Shown: positions 55,294-64,000 of the stretch, piece by piece | Numbering within the stretch: the stretch's first letter is position 1 | Layout of the letters: every line of letters starts with the position of its first letter | Source: Ophelia neglecta | Lineage: Eukaryota | DNA length: 64,000 nt | Reading direction: 5' to 3' | Assembly (NCBI GenBank): GCA_965285935.1 | Contig: OZ260666.1 | Span: 1,302,001 to 1,366,000, forward strand | Notes under the pieces: model-generated | What the model saw: the letters and a program-made list of their open reading frames with translations, nothing else | The model's database searches: none | What the model was told of the DNA's origin: nothing | Made by a program: the position numbers and the translations under genes

Positions 55294-58200
55294 GCCGCTT
55301 AAAGACAAAAAACCTCAGATAAATGCTCACAACATGTTGTAATATACAATATACGCCTTGATAACCTGTCCCTAAATTATACCTAGACAGTGGTAACAAT
55401 CAAATTGATAACACGAGAGTTTGGAACTATGAGTGTACATTCCTTATTTAATCGTCTATTTTTTGTTGCTAGTAGCTCCTAAATTCACAAACTATGTTTA
55501 ATCTACTCACCTCTGTGTTCCGTTGACGGTTGACAAATAAGACGTATGAATGTGCCGTGTACTGTTGGGGTGACACACTGTGGATTCAGGTCCCATGAAC
55601 CGGTAAATTAGCTGAATATTGCTCAAACTGCACAGCGATGTCCTAGAGATACACCTGGTGTACCAGCCGAGGCCATATTGGACTGTTCGTAATGAACGCA
55701 TTACATTAGATTACTAGGTCTGGTATACCAATGGACAGGTATGCCTTAAAAACGACCGTATGCCTCAGGTTAAGCGTCCGTCTAGTACACTCTGAAGTGT
55801 ATACTGTACAAAGTACACCAGACTACAGCTTACTTGTGAGTGACAGCTTGGTACGTGGAAGAAGTGCAAATGTAGGGCAGACTCACGTGGGACATCTATT
55901 ATACGTGAGATCTCACGTGCGCATATTGTCGATGTATGTTTGGCACGTGCCATGGCAGTTCTGCCTAGGTTTATTTAACAAATCCAGCCAACGAAAGGAC
56001 TAACACCATGCTCCAAATTGGAAAGTTTGAAAGATAATTCCATTGCCAAATTGTGTTTATCGCTAGAAAACGCTTCAATTCCTACCATTAAATATCTTAA
56101 TGGATGTACCTCCTTCTTCAAAGTGGTTAGTTGGGATAGTGTGAAACAAAAGTGGATAATTCTTAAACAAACAAATTTTTTTTTTCCTGAAATTAAATAT
56201 TCAATTAAAGCGGCCCAAAGACGAATATCAAAGACGACTAACTTTAATGCAATATTAGACTAAACACAGGCCAAACAATTGAGCTAGATGAGAAAAAGTA
56301 TAAGGGAAAGGAGGAATAGGGAGAGAGGTGGGGGAGTGAGTGAGTCCAAACAATACAAAGAAAGCTAGATGGGTGGCTTGCGTCAAAACACGAATGATTC
56401 GGTGGTTACACAATAAGGAGTGGTGGATGGTGATCAAGTAACAAGGGAAAGTTTAGGGTGTTTTACTGTCTTGAACAAAATAAGAAAAGAACGTGGTACA
56501 ATTAAAAACCTGAATTAAATATATTATAAATGAAAAAGGATATGTGACCTTTTCTAGTGCCTCTCGTAAAATATCAACATTAAAAAGATTCAGGCCTGCC
56601 AATTCCCATGCATCGTCCGGTGAAAATTCAATTTATTTATTCTCTCCGTCCCTATTTCGCAACTGCTACCCCCCCCCCCCCTTCGCGATTTTCGTCAATT
56701 GTCCAAGCCTTTCTCTTTTTTTTCCAAATAGATTGTGAGAGAAACGCCCAGAGACAGCAAAAGGACCTATCATCGCAATGCTAGGATCAGAATGTGTTAA
56801 ACTTTGTATTTATAAGGTGCTTTGTCTACCGGGTAACCTGTTTTCTTAGCAAGAACATTGTTACCAATGCAATATACAAGCAAATGTGTAAGCTGAACTT
56901 GGCAATCTTATGGCGTAGATGATTTATGTGATTACTGCTTGTGTTTGTTTTTGGACTTGAATGAAACTCTATTTGGATGAAATTTACATGCGAATTAGAT
57001 ACAAACACTGTCGAAGGAGGGAAGTTGTAAGGACTGTAGACATACATTTTAGACTAAAACATAACAACAAATTAAAAGGCTCACATTATAAATAGATGTT
57101 ATTTCTCTGAAACAACAAATATAAATTGTTCCACAATGTACACAAATGATTTAATACGAATATATACATTTTAAATACACTCACATGTCAGATCAAACCT
57201 AGACTGAATATGATCTTCCGATTGTTTCATTTGGGTTGCACGTCACAGTCAACTCATGTATCATTTCAGTTTAAGCAATTATGCATTGTCATATTCCAAG
57301 TTGTCCGTGCCATAAGACTAACGTGCATATTAATGATCTATTAATATCCAAACACAAAGTTAATATTACAAATCAGCAGATTCACCGATGTGAATTATAA
57401 AAAGGTACTTGTCTTCAGATTTAATGCAGTATGGTAAACAATTATCCACGGTGCAAACACTTAAGCGCCCAGCATAAATAGTCGCTTAAAAAATATATAT
57501 AATACGTTTCAACAGTACAGCTGAGCAAACATCATAATCATATAAAGAAGCTCAACAAATTTATATATACGCAGGGGTATATATCCACATAAAAGTTACT
57601 GCCCGGTGCCATTATCACATAATGAAGTTGTTCAATATAGAGAATCACACAACTAACGTTAAAGGGGAAAATTAGGCTCTAGAGATCAACTACACTTATA
57701 TTGATTAGGGTGGTACAGTTTTTAAGAATATACCATGTCATGATGGACCAACTTATTTTCTGCATTGCGTCTTTCAACACATAACCAAGATGCAACATTT
57801 TATTATGTGCTTGCCTTGATAACTCTGATTACATGATGTCCATGATTACCGCAATAACTATGATTACCATAATTACTATGATGATAATTATTACTGTTTA
57901 CATAACTAATATAATTTCCATGATTATTATGATTTCCACAATGTCATAATTATTATAATTATCATAATAACGAAGATTACTATGACTTTCACAATGACCA
58001 TTATTAACATAATTACTAATATGTTATCAATGCGCCATATTTTTTCATATGTAGTTTCGAAACTACTTTGTTTAGTCGGTTGGTGGACAGAAAAGAAGTG
58101 TTGAAGAGATTGCTCTCATATTATCGTGGTTGGTATTTGTCTTATCCCATCTAGGTATCATGTATCAAAATTAGTATCATAATGAATCTATGGTCGACAT

Positions 58201-58545
58201 AACAAAGGTGCATATTTCTTTGACTAATATTTACTTCTTACATATGTTCATGCATGCTGCCGAAATCGTTCAGTACTACACTATGGCTAAGTTTGGATCT
58301 CCCTCAAAATCTGCTCCATACAAATTATAATATGCGTAAACAATGAAGATATACAGAGTAAACATATAAGGCAGTTTATTTTAATATTATCAGTGCACTA
58401 TTTGTTTTAGATCGGAATCCCCGTTTGGGCAATAAACATAAAACTATTTAAGGGATTAATTCACAAAAGGTAATCCTCTCAGGTTAACTATTAACAAAAC
58501 ATCTAAAATTAACTTCCAATAAGGCACAAAGGTGTTAGCCGTCTG

Positions 58546-58771
58546 GGCCCGGGTGTTTGGAGCGGTCTTAAGTCTTAGGATTATATTAGCATATTACCGA
58601 TTTGCTGAGACCACGTTATTCATTGTGTCTATTGACCAGAATTAAGTTTAAGATCAAAATGGCTAGGTTTGAGATCAAATCCTGCTTCCAGAAACCCCGA
58701 TTAGCAAGTAACCGCCGATTAAGAACTTAAATCATGATTAAAGATTTAAACCCGCCTCCAGAAACCGGACC
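58546..58771. mobile_element. PIF/Harbinger-like MITE
   Basis: CTG duplicated on both sides; imperfect TIR GGCCCGGGTGTTTGGAGCGG versus reverse complement GGTCCGGTTTCTGGAGGCGG. Confidence 0.6.
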
Positions 58772-59326
58772 CTGGATATCATCATCCACAACACCCAATT
58801 CTTTCACGTTAAAACTTACGTATGATATACAAACATCAATTTTTTGGTGTCGTGGTGTCCAGTGTATTATAATTTACAGCCCTATGACTTATAATTAGGT
58901 CGTCTCCATATAGCTATAGCAGTAACTTGTTTTAGTTATTCTTTATACCAGCCATTGTATAATTTGGACATTCCTAATAGCAGCCATTTCACTTAGCACG
59001 ATACACGAGACATTCAAACAATATAATACACCTGTTCCAGTGAAGAGAAATATGTAAAAATACTACATAAACCATAGTTGTTTTCAGTTTATTTTTGACA
59101 AGGTCCGTTAATATTATATCCAGTGTCCACATATTTCTATAATCAAGTATTGAAACAACGGGGCTTTTAAGTAAACTTCTGGGTCCAATAGATTGTTAAC
59201 CTGACATGTCAATACCATCCACTTAGGGTAATTATCCATTACCTCTTAATAACACCTACGCTCCCCTGTTTTAATCATGTTTTACTGCCTTCTCTCCATC
59301 GTATTCAGGTTTCTTCTACTTCCATT

Positions 59327-62300
59327 CTAGTTCCCAGCCTGCTCATCCTTCTCTTTTTCTGCTTCACTTTTCTCGTCTAATCCCTTTGTGTTGGTGGTCA
59401 AGGTGCTGCCACCTACTGACGAATCTCCCATTTCAGTGTCGGCCCGGAAGTCGTCATCGTCGTCCATGTCATCCTGTATGCAAGGTATAGCGTAGTAAAC
59501 AGGTCAACTCTCAATTTGTTCTGATGGGACTTAAACCACCATATTTAGGTAGAACATGAGACCAAAAATCTTAAGGTTACTTAATCACATTGAACAATAG
59601 TTTGAGATAGTTTTATGTTTATCGGGATCTCCAACACTGCTGTTTCCCTTTCAAATGCTCCGACCGCTATTCCCTTGTTAAAGCAGATTTTACAGATGTA
59701 TAGCAGCCGATGTTACTTAACAAAGCCGGTTTAAAAGTCTTTGTATTAAGAAAATCGAAACAATGATATATGCATCGTTCCTACCAGGTCTTCCTCCAGT
59801 TCCACCCAGTTACGGAGCAGGTCATCAATCGGGAGGCGGTGGGGCTTGGCAGAGAAGGTGTACAAGAAGGGGTTGATGGCAGCATTTAACGGCATTAGGA
59901 ACATGGTAACCCAGGCCGAAAGGGTCTGCAACAAACAAAACACTTCATAGTTATGAGATCAAAGGCAAAACCAGACATGTTAAACGATCCCCTTTAAGTA
60001 CTGCCCAATGCTTCACGGGAGGTTTTCAAGAGCAAGTAAGTAGACTAATTGGACGGCCATCTCAAACTCAATCAGTCATCCCATGTTCAAGCCTTCGTAG
60101 AAATATGCATCAGCTACGTATGCGGGCCAGATTAAACGCCAGTTAGGCAGGTACTCATAAATAGCCAACCTTATTTATAGGGAATCCTATAAGAGTTTGG
60201 ACGCCCATGTACACAAGGGGGGTCCATATGATGACGTCAGTGAGAACCATCATGACCAGACGTCTGGTGATGATCATCTCGTTCTTACGAAACTCAATCT
60301 CCGCCTCCTTCTCCTCATCCGTCAGCTCCTCGTTAAGTGGCCAGTCATCGACACCCTGAGGAAATACGGGCAGATACATCGAAATCGTTATTATAACAGG
60401 CGAGGTAATACGGGCAGTTACAGCGAAAACGTTATTATAACCGGCGAGGAAATACGGGCAGACACAGCGATATCGTTATTATAACGGGCGTGGAAATACG
60501 GGCAGATACATCGAAATCGTTATTATAACGGGCGAGGAAATACGGGCAGATACAGCGAAATCGTTATTATAACCGGCGAGGAAATACGGGCAGACACAGC
60601 GATATCGTTATTATAACGGGCGAGGAAATACGGGCAGATACAGCTAAATCGTTATTATAACGGACGAGGAAATACGGGCAGACACAGCGATATCGTTATT
60701 ATAACGGACGAGGAAATACGGGCAGACACAGCGAAATCGTTGTTATAACGGACGCGGAAATACGGGCAGATACAGCTAAATCGTTATTATAACGGACGCG
60801 GAAATACGGGCAGATACATCGAAATCGTTATTATAACGGACGCGGAAATACGGGCAGATACAGCTAAATTGTTGTTATAACGGTCGAGGAAATACGGGCA
60901 GACACAGCGAAATCGTTATTATAACGGGCGAGGAAATACGGGCAGATACAGCGAAATTGTTGTTATAACGGACGCGGAAATACGGGCACACACATGGATA
61001 TCGTTATTATAACGGGCGTGGAAATACGGGCAGATACATCGAAATCGTTATTATAACGGGCGAGGAAATACGGGCAGACACAGCTAAATCGTTATTATAA
61101 CGGGCGAGGAAATACGGGCAGATACAGCGAAATCGTTATTATAACGGACGAGGAAATACGGGCAGATACAGCGAAATCGTTATTATAACGGGCGAGGAAA
61201 TACGGGCAGATACAGCGAAATCGTTATTATAACGGACGAGGAAATACGGGCAGATACAACGAAATCGTTATTATAACGGACGCGGAAATACGGGCAGACA
61301 CAGCGATATCGTTATTATAACAGACGAGGAAATACGGGCAGATACAGCGAAATCGTTATTATAACGGACGAGGAAATAAGGGCAGATACAGCGAAATCGT
61401 TATTATAACGGACGAGGAAATAAGGGCAGATACAGCTAAATCGTTATTATAACGGGCGTGGAAATACGGGCAGATACATCGAAATCGTTATTATAACGGA
61501 CGCGGAAATACGGGCAGATACAGCTAAATCGTTATTATAATGGACGAGGAAATACGGGCAGATACATCGAAATCGTTATTATAACGGACGCGGAAATACG
61601 GGCAGATACAGCTAAATCGTTATTATAACGGGCGAGGAAATACGGGCAGATGAAGCGATATCGTTATTATAACGGGCGAGGAAATACGGGCAGATACAGC
61701 GATATCGTTATTATAACGGACGAGAAAATACGGGCAGATACATCGAAATCGTTGTTATAACGGTCGTGGGTATCTGACAGGCACAGCGAAGTCGTTAATA
61801 AAAATGGCGTAGATAACAGCGATAGGCACAAGAAAATTGTAAATCAAACGGGCTTGGATTATAGGCATACACAGCGAAATAGTTATCTGGTAGGAAATCT
61901 TTAATTAATATTTGTCCATGAAATATAAATATATCAGATATCCCGAGAAACCGTGTGCTGCAGGTCAACAAACAACAATCACTAGTTTTAATGATGCGAG
62001 TCACGTTTAAAAACAAAGGAGACAATAGGCAAAACAGGATAGATAAGATGTGTGGCCTAGGAACGAAAACCACACATGTTAAACGATCCACGGGAGGTTG
62101 TCAACAGCAAGTAGGTAGACTGAATTGACGGCCACCTCAAACTCACCCGGACATCGAATATCACGATAATTCTAACGAATATGGCACTCATGAAAATTCG
62201 GTAACACAGTATTCAATATTAAATTTCTAATAACCATCATCGCTGATGGTTATTCCTACCTGTTGGTAGCTCCAACAAGACCTGAAGTATCCGTTGGCCA

Positions 62301-63630
62301 TTACTCCGACACAGAGGACATTAAACAGGATGAAGACGCCCAGGGTGAACTCCCAGCCACTTTTCCTGCCTTCTACCAGGTTAAAGAGGGTGCACACTCC
62401 ACTGCGGATGTAACCGGATCCGAAATAACTGAACTCCAGAATCGGGACCACACTGTAAAGAACAGGACAGCATGGATCTTCATCGTATCAAAAATAACCA
62501 GCAACACGCTCTGCTCCGTAATGAATTATAGCCAAAAGCAAAGAACAAGAAATGAAAACTAGATAAGTTCCACGACTGATACAGTTACATAACAATAGTA
62601 AAATATTACATAAAACATAAACTATATGTCCATGTCTTATAAATACTGGTATTTCTTCATGAACAAGCTTTAAACATTAAAACTGTTACTGATATTGTTC
62701 AACTCACTAATAATTGTGTCTTTCACTACTTGAGTTTCTTGTTTGATTGAAAGTTGCAAGAAATTTTGGCATGAAATCGAAGACATCCAGTGACGTGTAT
62801 TTCGATGGTAAAATGTTCAAGGGAAAGAGATATGAAAAGATATGCAAATTAATGGATTTCCATAATTTGTTAGAAAACTATAGCAAAGTGTTATGAGCCC
62901 CCCACAAAGCGGACCACTATACTTAAGAGGTCGACAAATCTGTCCGTATGTTGGCACCGAAGGTCCAGGCAAGTAATGTGTGTCCCCACACATCCCGGAC
63001 CACTATACTTACGTGTCCTGTCCGTACTTAACCTCATGATGGCGCGGAAGGTCCAACCAAAGGCTATGAGTACATTATACCGGAGAAGTGCCTATCCTAT
63101 CCCGGAGGCGTCAGATCTGTCCGTACTTACCTGATTATGGCACCGAATGTCCAGCCAAGTGCTATGAGTCCCCTCACACCACGGGCTCCTATCCCGGAGG
63201 CGTCAGATCTGTCCATACTTACCTGATGATGGCACTGAATGTCCAGCCAAGTGCTATGAGCCCCTCACACCCCGGACTCCTATACTTAGGGAGTCGCCTG
63301 ACCTGTCCGTACTTACCTGATGATGGCACTGAATGTCCAGCCAAGTGCTATGAGCCCCTCACACCCCGGACTCCTATACTTAGGGAGTCGGCAGATCTGT
63401 CCGTATTTACCTGATTATGGCCCCGAAGGTCCAGCCAAGTGCTATAAGTCCCCTTACACCACGGACTCCTATCCCGGAGGCGTTGGCTGTCCTGTCCGTA
63501 GCATATTTTCTGTCGAGAGCGATCAACATGAGGAGGAACATAGACATTTCACAGGACAGCATGGATAGAAAGCCCGCCAGCTTACACAGCGCATTGGCCC
63601 GCCAGTCGTCTGCATGGTGGATGTACACAC
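59327..63630 (-). CDS. GRL101/RXFP-like (LGR type C) rhodopsin-family GPCR, 3' portion (ECL1/TM3 to C-terminus); 5' part lies beyond the window
   Basis: Exons 63630-63411, 62452-62260, 60355-60170, 59925-59785 and 59473-59327, phase-consistent. Motifs: WRANALCKLAGFLSMLSCEMS..LIALDR, RSGVC, GWEFTLGVFILFN, MVLTDVIIWTP, PLNAAINPFLYT. Confidence 0.88.
60358..61770. repeat. 44-bp minisatellite, ~32 copies, abutting a GPCR splice acceptor
   Basis: Unit CGAGGAAATACGGGCAGATACAGCGAAATCGTTATTATAACGGG; the first unit supplies the pyrimidine tract of the acceptor at 60356-60357. Confidence 0.96.
62880..63483 (-). repeat. ~92-94 bp tandem repeat of the GPCR exon end plus donor, decaying into the intron
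   Basis: Donors at 63410 (real), 63316, 63222 and 63130, with more degenerate copies down to ~62880. Confidence 0.9.
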
Positions 63631-63676
63631 CTGTATCGGGAATGAACATGGAAAGTCAGGCCAAGGATCAGAAATA

Positions 63677-63854
63677 CCGGAAAACCTGCCTTGGAGACCA
63701 CCTCTATATTCAGACCACCTTTCAATTGAGGCCACACATCTGAAGACTATAGTACACACTTTAAATGTATAATGACCTGTCTTAACAGATCACCTCCATA
63801 TTCAGACCAATATTTTGCAGTCCCTTGGGTGGTCTCAATTTACAGGTTTCACTG
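63677..63854. mobile_element. Tc1/mariner-type MITE, family A, 178 bp
   Basis: TA-flanked CCGGAAAACCTG...CAGGTTTCACTG with GACCACC repeats. Confidence 0.82.
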
Positions 63855-63905
63855 TATAAGACTTCTCTACTCTAAGTTATAAAAACTTAGTAATAATATC
63901 ATATA

Positions 63906-64000
63906 CAGTGAAACCTGTGAATTAAGACCACCCAAGGGACTGGCAAATACTGCCCTGATTACATAGGTGGTCTGTTTATACAGGTTATTTTACATTGAAA
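63906..64000. mobile_element. Tc1/mariner-type MITE, family A, inverted partner, truncated by the window edge
   Basis: TA-CAGTGAAACCTGTGAATTAAGACCACCC, similar to the copies at 16783 and 19345. Confidence 0.8.

Noticed and set aside
55294-55308. TTG start given in the ORF track for the questin oxidase
   Set aside because: It lies in the pyrimidine tract of a likely intron; ATG at 55293 is the plausible start.
60358-61770. Regular 44-bp array as a CRISPR
   Set aside because: There are no unique spacers and no cas genes, and it lies in a eukaryotic intron; it is a head-to-tail minisatellite.

Overview
Intron-rich animal genomic DNA, probably from a marine invertebrate such as a mollusc (inference). 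It holds a tandem array of U4 snRNA genes (minus strand, 1-3395) head-to-head with a complete 14-coding-exon AATF/Bfr2 gene (+, 3744-23096, ~565 aa). Next come a complete 34-exon MRP1/ABCC1-like long ABC transporter (-, 30856-48705, ~1627 aa) whose first coding exon is triplicated in a 1.45-kb tandem repeat, and a single-coding-exon questin-oxidase (DUF4243/AflY/GedK) family gene (-, 54109-55293). The window ends in the 3' part of a GRL101/RXFP-like LGR GPCR (-, 59327-63630). Introns carry a decayed CR1-type LINE with a nested Mutator-like element, many ~178-bp Tc1/mariner-type MITEs and numerous minisatellites. Two signals stand out. First, a fungal/bacterial-type anthraquinone ring-cleaving enzyme sits directly upstream of an MRP whose glutathione-binding residues are replaced, a candidate detoxification gene pair. 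Second, tandem repeats are repeatedly built from exon-intron junctions, and the displaced intronic copies differ from the live exon mostly at synonymous sites. All exon models were assembled by hand with phase checks; no searches were run.
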